Shown here: one piece after another, positions 1-7,733 of the stretch
Layout of the letters: each line of letters starts with the position of its first letter
How positions within the stretch are numbered: the first letter of the stretch is position 1
Notes under the pieces: model-generated
Told to the model about the DNA's origin: nothing
Databases searched by the model: none
What the model saw: only the letters and a program-made list of their open reading frames with translations
Translations under genes and position numbers: made by a program
Assembly: GCF_000019345.1 (NCBI RefSeq)
Contig: NC_010503.1
Location: 120,001 to 152,000, forward strand
Origin: Ureaplasma parvum serovar 3 str. ATCC 27815
Lineage (GTDB): Bacteria > Bacillota_I > Bacilli_A > Mycoplasmatales > Mycoplasmoidaceae
Reading direction: 5' to 3'
Length of the DNA stretch: 32,000 nt

Positions 1-33
1 TATTTGATCTGGTAAAATAAATGTGTGTTCCAT
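1..33 (-). CDS. possible 5' end of an unidentified gene running off the left edge (MEHTFILPDQI...)
   Basis: ATG at 31-33 on the minus strand opens a frame that stays open to position 1. Only 11 codons are visible, with no motif and no clear SD. Confidence 0.2.
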   Translation of the reverse strand, partial: MEHTFILPDQI

Positions 34-187
34 TTTATCTATACCAAAACAATTTTCTAATTTACATTTAATTTTATTTAAATTAATAATCTCATTTCTT
101 TAAAAATATATGCTAAATTATATAATTAAAATAAGTACTAATTGTAACGCTATTATTGTTTCAAATATTTTTTATTTTAATGTTCAT

Positions 188-3100
188 TTAACCACGGAAT
201 TTTTCAAAATATTCGAGTAATTTTTCAGTAGCATTTTCTTTTATTTTAGACCTATTACTATTCTGATTACTTTTTTTAAAAAAAGAGGTAGGAGGCATTA
301 AATTAACAATATCTACTCCATTTTCATTAAATTCATTATTTTCAAATGCTTTTTTCATAAATTCAAATGTTTTTTTGTTATCTAATTTATTTTCATTAAT
401 TATTTTTATAAGCTCACTTTCTTTTTTATTTTTAATAAACTTACTCCATTCATTAAAAATATCAATTTCATCCTTATTAGGTAGTTTATTAATTTCATTA
501 ACAAATTCAATAATTAAATCTTTCTTTTTTCGCGCTTTTAGACTAGATAAAATATCTCTTTCTAGATCGTGATATTTAACTTCTTTTAGATCTTTTTTGA
601 GCTTTTCATTCATTAACTTAAGAATATAATCAACACCAATATCTTGTTGACTAATTAATTCAATTTTAAAATCAAGATCACTAACAATGCTATCTGTTTC
701 CATACGTTTTTTATCTTGATATTTATCACGCAACCCGATATATATACTTTGATAATCTTGCATTTCTGTACCAATAAGATCATCGTTTTGTTCAAATTCA
801 CTAAATTGTGAAAGCAAATTTTTATATTTTAAAATATCACCAAAAAGTTTAATAAAAATTCTTTCCTCTTCTTTTGTTCCATTAAAAGGAATTTTAAAGT
901 TACTTTTTAATTCTTCTACTAAGTTTCGATAACCTTGTATATATTGATTATCTTCATTATAATATCCTTCATAATATTCTTTAAATGATCTTAAAATAGC
1001 GATCGAAGAATTAATATTGCTCTCTGATGAAAATAATCTTAAAGCTTCATTCACTTCATCTTCTAAATTTATGAAAAAGACAATATTACCATTTGATTTA
1101 ACACCATTAAGAATTCGATTGGTTCGCGACATTGCTTGAATTAAACTATGATATTTTAGTTTTTTGTCCAATCATAATGTATTTAAAGTTGTTGCATCAA
1201 AACCTGTTAAAAACATATTAACAACGATTGCTATATCTAAGCTTCGATCCTTTAATCTCAAGCTAAAGTCTTTATAGTAATTATTAAAATTAGCATTATC
1301 TGTTGAGTATGATGTCCCAAACATTTCATTATAATCTTTAATCGCTTCATCAAGAAAATTACGTGAATCTAAATCAAGTTGATTAGTGTTTTCGTTATTC
1401 TCATCTAATAGTTCAAAATTAGAAAGTTCATTATCATTACTTTCTTGTTCGCTTGGTAAATAACTATAAATTAATCCAATTTTTAATTTTTCTTCTTGAG
1501 GAAATTTTTGTTGTTGTTTTTTAAATTCTGAATAATATATTTTAGCTGCATTAATAGAAGAGCAAGCTAGAATAGAATTAAATCCATTTAGTGTTGTTAA
1601 TACTTTATTTTCGCTTAATTTATTTCTGCTAGTAATAACTTCATTTATATTAGCAATCTTATTATGTTCAAAAAATTCTTCATTTCTTTTGGTTAAACGA
1701 TTATAGTTTTTTAAAATAAAATCAACAATTTCAGAAATACGAATCGGATTTTCCAAAGCTTCTTTTTTATCTATTCCAGTTGATGATGTTTCATCGTCAA
1801 TGTCATCTTTTTCGCTAAGTGTTTTATAATACTCCGTTCTAAAACCTAAAACATTACCATCACGAATAGCTTTATCAATTGTATATTTATGTAAACAAGC
1901 TCCAAAAAGATGCTCTGTTGTAAAGAAAATATTTTTATTTTTGACATTACTATTTTCTTCTAAAATAGGTGTGCCTGTAAACCCAAAAATCATATATTTT
2001 TTAAAAGATTTTTTAGTAATTTTTTTATGTAAATCACCAAATTGAGAACGATGACATTCATCAAAAACAAGAACAACATTTTTAGAATAAATAGGATGTT
2101 TTGGATTTTTACTAATGAATATGCCAAGTTTTTGAATGGTTGTAATAATAATTTTATTCTCTTGATTTCCAATTTGCTTAGCTAGTTCATTAACATTTGT
2201 ATTAGCACTAACACATCCTTTAGAATACTTTTCATATTCTTTTGTTGTTTGATAGTCTAAATCTTTTCGATCAACAACAAATAGAACCTTATCCACACCT
2301 TCAATTTCTTTTGCTAAAGCGGCAGTTTTAAATGATGTAAGAGTTTTTCCGCTTCCTGTTGTGTGTCAAATATAACCACCAGCGCCTGTAGTTCCTAATA
2401 ATTTTTTATCATTTAAAGAAATCTTAATTCGATTAATAATTCTTTCAGTTGCAACAATTTGGTATGGTCTTAAAACCATTAACGTATTATCGCTTGTAAA
2501 AACACAATATTTTGTCAAAATATTTAAAATAGTATGTTTAGCAAAAAAGGTCTGACAAAAATCGATTAAATCAAGAATTTGATTATTTTTTGAATCAGCT
2601 CAGTATGATGTAAATTCAAAAGAATTACTTGTTTTTTTAGAGTTTGTATTATTTCTTTCTTTTATAGAAGTTTCTCTAGTTGTATTTGAATAATATTTAG
2701 TTTGTGTACCATTAGAAATAACATAAATTTGCGTGTAAAGATATAAATCTGTAAACGAATGATTTGCATATCTTTTAATTTGATTAAAAGCTTCTTTAAG
2801 ATTAGTTCCTCGTCTTTTTAGTTCAATATGTACTAATGGAAGTCCATTAATCAAAATAGACACATCATATCGTGTTTTTTGTTGATTATCTAAATTGTTA
2901 TTTTGATATTGATTAATAACTTGAATAGAATTATTATGAATATTATTTTTATCAATTATCTTTATATTTTTGGTGATACTATCTTTATCTTTTTTTAAAG
3001 GGTAGCTATAATCTTCATGAATTTTTTTTGATCTTGCTTCAATTCCATCATTAGGATTTAATAAATAAGTACTTAAAAAAGATTCTCATTCATTATTAGT

Positions 3101-3325
3101 AAATTGATAATTATTAAGTTTTTCGATTTGTTTTCTTAAATTATTTTTTAAATCATTATTATTTTTAATAGGTAAGTATTCATAACCTTGTGCAATTAAT
3201 AATTTAATAAATGTTTCTTCTAATTCAGCTTCACTTTCAAATTTATTCGAATGAACTTTAATTGATTTAAATTCAGCAACAACCGTTGAATTTTCATGTT
3301 CTGCTAATAGTACCTTATTTTCCAT
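188..3325 (-). CDS. hsdR: Type I restriction enzyme R subunit (HsdR), apparently intact, 1045 aa under code 4
   Basis: Track ORFs 188-1171, 1172-2296, 2600-2863 and 3086-3325 share one frame. I translated the gap 2297-2599 and the 1172 junction by hand and they are broken only by TGA. The gap 2864-3085 is in phase but was not translated by hand. Motifs read: LRPYQIVATERI, GGYIWHTTGSGKT (motif I, with W encoded by TGA), VFDECHRSQ (motif II), QAMSRTNR (motif VI). ATG at 3323-3325 is preceded by AAGGAG; TAA at 188-190. Confidence 0.95.
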
Positions 3326-3345
3326 AATATAAAAACAAACTCCTT

Positions 3346-3867
3346 TTAATATTTTTTAAAATCTAATAATTTATTTCGATAGTATTCATATTGTTTTTTG
3401 CGTTGTTTGATTTCAAAAGGTAATCCTACGCCAATATCTTTTGTATATGCTTCTAATTTATCTAGGATTTCAACAATTTTATTTTGGATTGAAATGTGAG
3501 GGATAGGAATTAATAATTCAATAATCTCTATCATGTTTGGATGTTTTACAGATGCACCACGATAATTTTCTTCAATAAGCATTTTATTTGCTATCAAAAA
3601 ATAGTAAATAAATTTTAAATTACATTCTTTTTTGTTTTTTTGTGAAAAAATTATATTTAAACTATCTATGAAATAACCATTATAGTATTTTATTATTGGA
3701 GAACCACCAGATGGCAAAGCAATTATTTCGCCATAATTAATATTATTATCATTTTCATTATATTTTATATATCCATCATACAATCCTGTTGAAAGAAGTT
3801 TAACATTACCAAAATTACACTTTTCATATCGTTTTAATTCGTTTGCAGATATATGCTTAAATGACAA
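3346..3867 (-). CDS. hsdS: HsdS module A: one target-recognition domain plus a C-terminal conserved region. It has no ATG start, and its frame is open upstream to 4029.
   Basis: The module ends ...LIPIPHISIQNKIVEILDKLEAYTKDIGVGLPFEIKQRKKQYEYYRNKLLDF, the HsdS conserved-region signature. The frame extended upstream with TGA=Trp reads ...LSRDYIWTLKNIYEKLVQNNVKYKKLWEIVNFDKKFKG, a typical central linker plus TRD start. The M in the ORF track is really a TTG. Confidence 0.85.
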   Translation of the reverse strand: MSFKHISANELKRYEKCNFGNVKLLSTGLYDGYIKYNENDNNINYGEIIALPSGGSPIIKYYNGYFIDSLNIIFSQKNKKECNLKFIYYFLIANKMLIEENYRGASVKHPNMIEIIELLIPIPHISIQNKIVEILDKLEAYTKDIGVGLPFEIKQRKKQYEYYRNKLLDFKKY

Positions 3868-4004
3868 TATTTCATTTTGTTTTTCTTTTGGAACTCCTTT
3901 AAATTTTTTGTCAAAATTAACTATTTCTCAAAGTTTTTTATATTTAACATTGTTTTGAACTAATTTTTCATATATATTCTTTAATGTTCAAATGTAATCC
4001 CTAC

Positions 4005-4316
4005 TTAGCTCTCTCTCTCTCGTGCTATATTATCAAAGTCTAATAATTTATTACGATAATATTCGTATTGTTTTTTACGTTGTTCGATTTCAAGAGGAAG
4101 TCCAGTATTAATATCTTTCGTATATGTTTCCAATTTATCTAAAATCTCAACAATTTTATTTTGGATTGAAATGGGCGGAATAGGGATTATGATTTCTTGC
4201 ATAACATTACTCATTAATTTTGGATTTCCTGATGCTTGATTTACATGTTTTTTAGTAATTTTTCTCAAAATAAAGCTCAAATATTTTGTGTTTAAATTAG
4301 AATTAATGAACTTGAT
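4005..4316 (-). CDS. hsdS: HsdS module B: the C-terminal third of a TRD plus a conserved region, 5'-truncated with no start codon
   Basis: The open frame from 4316 reads KFINSNLNTKYLSFILRKITKKHVNQASGNPKLMSNVMQEIIIPIPPISIQNKIVEILDKLETYTKDINTGLPLEIEQRKKQYEYYRNKLLDFDNIARERES*. The track ORF 4005-4280 starts at a TTG. TAA at 4005-4007. Confidence 0.85.
   Translation of the reverse strand: MKFINSNLNTKYLSFILRKITKKHVNQASGNPKLMSNVMQEIIIPIPPISIQNKIVEILDKLETYTKDINTGLPLEIEQRKKQYEYYRNKLLDFDNIARERES
4009..4021 (-). repeat. (GA)6G dinucleotide tract (CTCTCTCTCTCTC on the plus strand) at the junction of hsdS modules B and A
   Basis: Read directly from the sequence. It encodes the RERE of ...DNIARERES* at the end of module B. 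Confidence 0.95.
4147..4188. repeat. left copy of a 42-bp perfect inverted repeat (partner at 5807-5848) in the hsdS conserved region
   Basis: The reverse complement of 4147-4188 equals 5807-5848 exactly (AATCCCTATTCCGCCCATTTCAATCCAAAATAAAATTGTTGA, encoding IPIPPISIQNKIVE). Module A shares 27 bp of it as a direct repeat at 3470-3496. Confidence 0.95.
4295..4305 (+). repeat. AATTAGAATTA core, copy 1 (breakpoint of the hsdM 3' part on plus and of hsdS module B on minus)
   Basis: Exact 11-mer shared with 6829-6839 in direct orientation and with 6290-6300 in inverted orientation. It has the dyad form AATT-AG-AATT. Confidence 0.8.
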
Positions 4317-4346
4317 CTAGGTAATTATCAAGATAATACAATCGAT

Positions 4347-5393
4347 GTGTTCGGTGATGCTTATGAATACTTAATGAGTATGTATGCTGCAAATGCAGGT
4401 AAATCAGGGGGAGAATTTTTCACCCCTCAAGAAGTTAGTGAACTATTAGTAGAATTAACATTAATTGATTTTAATAATGAAAATAAAGATGTTAGAAGAA
4501 AAATTGGAAAAGTTTATGATCCATGTTGTGGTTCTGGATCATTACTTTTAAAGTATGCAAAATTAAATGAAGGAGTTAAATTTTATGGTCAAGAAATTAA
4601 TCTTACTACGTATAATTTAGCAAGAATTAATATGTTTTTGCACAATATAGGTTATGATAAATTTGATATCAAATTAGGTGATACATTACTAGATCCTAAA
4701 CATAATGATGATAAACCTTTTGATGCAATTGTTTCAAATCCTCCATATTCAACAAAATGGGAGGGAAAATCAAATCCTTTATTAGCTAACGATGAGCGAT
4801 TTCATGTTACTCAATTAGCACCTAAAGGAAAAGCTGATTTTGCTTTTGTATTGCATATACTTCATAATTTATCTTCTAGTGGAACAGCAGCTATAGTTAT
4901 GTTTCCAGGAACTTTATATCGAGATCATGCAGAACAAGATATTAGAAAATATTTAGTTGATAATGTTAATGTTGTAGATAGTGTGATTCAATTACCAGAT
5001 AATCTGTTTTTTGGAACAAGTATTTCAACATGTATTATAGTTTTAAGAAAAAACAAAAACAACAATGATAATGCTAATGGTATCTTGTTTGTTGATGCAT
5101 CAAAAGAATTTGTTAAATCTGGTATCAAAAACAAATTAACCAATGCTAATATTAAAAAAATAGTTGATACGATTCGTTTCAAAAAAGAAGTAACTTATTT
5201 TTCAAAACTTGTATCACGAGAAGAAGTTAAAAATAAAAACTATAATTTATCAGTTAACACATATGTGGAAAAAGAAGACACGTCAGAAAAAATTGATATT
5301 AAATTATTAAATATGCAAATTAAAGAAATTGTGGCTAAAATCGAAAAGTTAAGAAAAGAAATTGATGAAATTGTTTTAGAATTAGAAGAATAA
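4347..5393 (+). CDS. hsdM: Type I R-M methyltransferase HsdM, catalytic 3' part only (N-terminal domain missing). The frame is open from 4296.
   Basis: The frame opens as IRINELDLGNYQDNTIDVFGDAYEYLMSMYAANAGKSGGEFFTPQEV, followed by DPCCGSGSLLL (AdoMet motif I) and the NPPY motif (VSNPPYS). There is no ATG or SD; the track start is a GTG. TAA at 5391-5393, 3 nt before the hsdS ATG. Confidence 0.9.
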   Translation: MFGDAYEYLMSMYAANAGKSGGEFFTPQEVSELLVELTLIDFNNENKDVRRKIGKVYDPCCGSGSLLLKYAKLNEGVKFYGQEINLTTYNLARINMFLHNIGYDKFDIKLGDTLLDPKHNDDKPFDAIVSNPPYSTKWEGKSNPLLANDERFHVTQLAPKGKADFAFVLHILHNLSSSGTAAIVMFPGTLYRDHAEQDIRKYLVDNVNVVDSVIQLPDNLFFGTSISTCIIVLRKNKNNNDNANGILFVDASKEFVKSGIKNKLTNANIKKIVDTIRFKKEVTYFSKLVSREEVKNKNYNLSVNTYVEKEDTSEKIDIKLLNMQIKEIVAKIEKLRKEIDEIVLELEE

Positions 5394-5396
5394 ATT

Positions 5397-6302
5397 ATGA
5401 ATAAAATTGAAAAATTAATTAATGAGTTCTGCCCTAATGGAGTGGAGTTTAAAAAATTAAAAAATATAATTACAGTGGCTCCTAAATCACCTTTTGGAGT
5501 TACAAAACTTTTAAAAATGGAAAAGGGAAATTATTTAACAATAACATCAGGGAAGAAATCATTTTATGTTGACAATTTTTTAGTTGATGGAGAATATATA
5601 TTTGTTAATGATGGCGGTCAAGCAGATATAAAATATAATTTTGGAAAAACAATGTATTCTGATCATATATTCGCATTCAAAGTAAATGAATATAACACAA
5701 AATATCTTTACTTCTATCTATTAAATATTTCTAATTTTATTAATAAAAAATTGTTTATAGGTAGTACATTAAAAAATTTAAATAAAAAAGAATTTTTAAA
5801 TCTTGCAATCCCTATTCCGCCCATTTCAATCCAAAATAAAATTGTTGAAATATTAGACAAGTATACAGAATTAGAAACAGAATTAGAAACAGAATTAGAA
5901 ACAGAATTAGAACTTAGAAATAAGCAGTATATATATTATCGCAATGAATTACTAAACTTTAATAAAAATCAAACATTATTAAAGAAAATAATGGACAGTG
6001 ATGATATAAAATCTATTGATCATAAAATTGAGTTTAAAAAGATTGAATATGTGTGTGAAATAAAAAGAGGTCAAGTATACTCTAAGGAATTTATTAATTC
6101 TAATAAAGGAAATTATCCAGTATATTCATCACAAAGTTTAAATGATGGTGTTTTAGGAAATATTAATAAATATGATTTTGATGGTGAATATGTTACTTGA
6201 ACTACAGATGGTGCATATGCGGGAACTGTTTTCTATAGAAAAGGCAAATTTTCAATAACAAATGTGTGTGGAATATTAAAGGTGTTTGATAATTCTAATT
6301 AA
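5397..6302 (+). CDS. hsdS: HsdS module C: TRD1, central conserved region and the N-terminal part of TRD2. It is 3'-truncated and lacks the C-terminal conserved region.
   Basis: The ATG lies immediately after hsdM. Sequence read: ...AIPIPPISIQNKIVEILDKYTELETELETELETELELRNKQYIYYRNELLNF, then a second TRD start, KIEFKKIEYVCEIKRG. One TGA (6199-6201) is read as W. The module ends ...GILKVFDNSN-TAA (6300-6302) without the IPIPP/YYRN region. Confidence 0.9.
5807..5848. repeat. right copy of the 42-bp perfect inverted repeat (partner at 4147-4188)
   Basis: See the entry for 4147-4188. Confidence 0.95.
5865..5912 (+). repeat. 4 perfect tandem copies of the 12-bp unit ACAGAATTAGAA, encoding (TELE)4 in the hsdS central conserved region
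   Basis: Units at 5865-5876, 5877-5888, 5889-5900 and 5901-5912 are identical. Confidence 0.95.
6290..6300 (-). repeat. AATTAGAATTA core, copy 2 (inverted, TAATTCTAATT on plus) at the truncated 3' end of hsdS module C
   Basis: Exact reverse complement of copies 1 and 3. With flanks it shares 14 bp (TTAATTAGAATTAT) with copy 3. Confidence 0.8.
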
Positions 6303-6340
6303 CAAACTTAAAAATATAAATTTATAAAGGGTTTATAAAT

Positions 6341-6904
6341 ATGGATAATAAAAAAGAAATTGAACGAAACAATTTACATGCAACAATTTGAAAAATTGCT
6401 GATGAGCTCCGTGGCGCAATTGATGGATGAGATTTTAAACAATATGTTTTAGGAATATTATTTTATCGATATATATCAGAAAACTTAACTAAATATATTA
6501 ACGATAATGAGCATAAAATAGGTGATCATGATTTTAACTATGAAACATGTAATGATGATGATGTAGATGAAGAAATGAAAATAACCTTAATTAAAGAAAA
6601 AGGTTTTTATATTAAGCCGTCATTTTTGTTTGCTAATATTGTTAAAAATGCTGAAAAAAATGAAAATTTAAATGAAACTTTGGAAACTGTTTTTAACAAT
6701 ATTGAAGGATCATCCTCTGGTTATGATTCTGAAAAAAATTTAAAAGGGTTATTTAATGATATTGATGTTAATAATAGTCGTTTAGGAAGTACTACACAAG
6801 AAAGAAATAAAAGACTAGCAAGAATTTTAATTAGAATTATATATAAAAATATGGATTTATTAATTTTAAAACCATATATAAATAAAAAAGAGATTCCTAA
6901 TTAA
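6341..6904 (+). CDS. hsdM: HsdM N-terminal domain fragment (5' part of hsdM) ending in 21 unrelated codons
   Basis: ATG at 6341. With two TGA=Trp codons it reads MDNKKEIERNNLHATIWKIADELRGAIDGWDFKQYVLGILFYRYISENL... (HsdM_N signature), then ...SRLGSTTQERNKRLARILIRI, then a non-homologous tail IYKNMDLLILKPYINKKEIPN*. Confidence 0.9.
6829..6839 (+). repeat. AATTAGAATTA core, copy 3 (breakpoint at the end of the hsdM 5' part)
   Basis: Exact 11-mer. It sits in the same codon phase (A|ATT|AGA|ATT|A) as copy 1. Confidence 0.8.
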
Positions 6905-6916
6905 CTTAGTAATCTC
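6884..6916 (-). terminator. rho-independent terminator for the convergent Cys/His-rich gene
   Basis: The hairpin GAGATT-C-CTAA / TTAG-T-AATCTC (6890-6916) has an A-run at 6884-6889, which is a U-run on the minus-strand transcript. Confidence 0.6.
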
Positions 6917-6941
6917 TATCATTTAATTAAATACTTTTTAA

Positions 6942-7508
6942 TTAATGTTGGTGACTGTGATGATGATGGTGTTCATGTTCGTGACCACCACAGCAATCAT
7001 CTTTAGTTCCACCACAACATTCTTCTTGGGTTTCTGATGTTTTTGTTTCCGAGTCACAGCAAACTTCATGTTCATGTTCGTGACCACCACAACAATCATC
7101 TTTAGCTCCGCCACAGCATTCTTCTTCAACTTTTACTTCTGAATTACAACAAGCTTCATTTTCTTCATCGCTACAGCATTCATCTTCACAACAGCAATCT
7201 TCTTCATAATCATCATCTTCACTAAAATGAATATCTAAGAAAACTTCTGATAAATCTAATACTGTATCATTAGAAATTAAAAAAGCATCAATTTTTGCTT
7301 GTAACTCTTCTTTTTTAAGATCAAATAAAATGTTTGTTGATTCAAAATCAGCATAATTAATATACAACTCTGATCCTAGATCGCTTGTTTTATAAGCTTC
7401 ATCTCCACCAAGTTCTAAATATGAATCAATATCTTCTGGAAGAATATTAATTGTACGTGCGTTGTCTAAATTAATGTAAGAAACACCTGTTTTAATGTAT
7501 TTAGCCAT
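6942..7508 (-). CDS. acidic protein of unknown function with a Cys/His-rich C-terminal tail (putative metal-binding)
   Basis: A 188-aa ORF with an ATG start and AAGGAG 7 nt upstream. The last 86 residues contain 17 Cys (all in CC or CCC runs) and 12 His, including two EECCGG(A/T)[12 protein letters not shown] units and a terminal HHHHHSHQH. Confidence 0.8.
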
Positions 7509-7733
7509 AAATATACTCCTTAATTATTAAATATTATTAGGTTTCACCTTATTATTTTATACCAAATATTTCATTCTTATATTTATGATTCAAAGAAGAT
7601 TATTTTTAATAAATAACCTAAGGTATTTAAATTATATATGTTTTTTATATTATATATTAAATTGTTATCATTTAAAATGATATAAATAAAATACAATTTT
7701 TATTATTAAAAACAATAACTATTAGGTATAAAT

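Noticed and set aside
4147-5848. The 42-bp perfect inverted repeats as terminal inverted repeats of an IS or transposon carrying hsdM
   Set aside because: The repeats are coding sequence for the conserved IPIPPISIQNKIVE block of HsdS. No transposase lies between them and no target-site duplication is visible.
5865-5912. The 12-bp tandem repeats as a CRISPR-like or minisatellite array
   Set aside because: The units are contiguous with no spacers, in frame inside hsdS, and correspond to the known tetrapeptide-repeat position of Type I S subunits.
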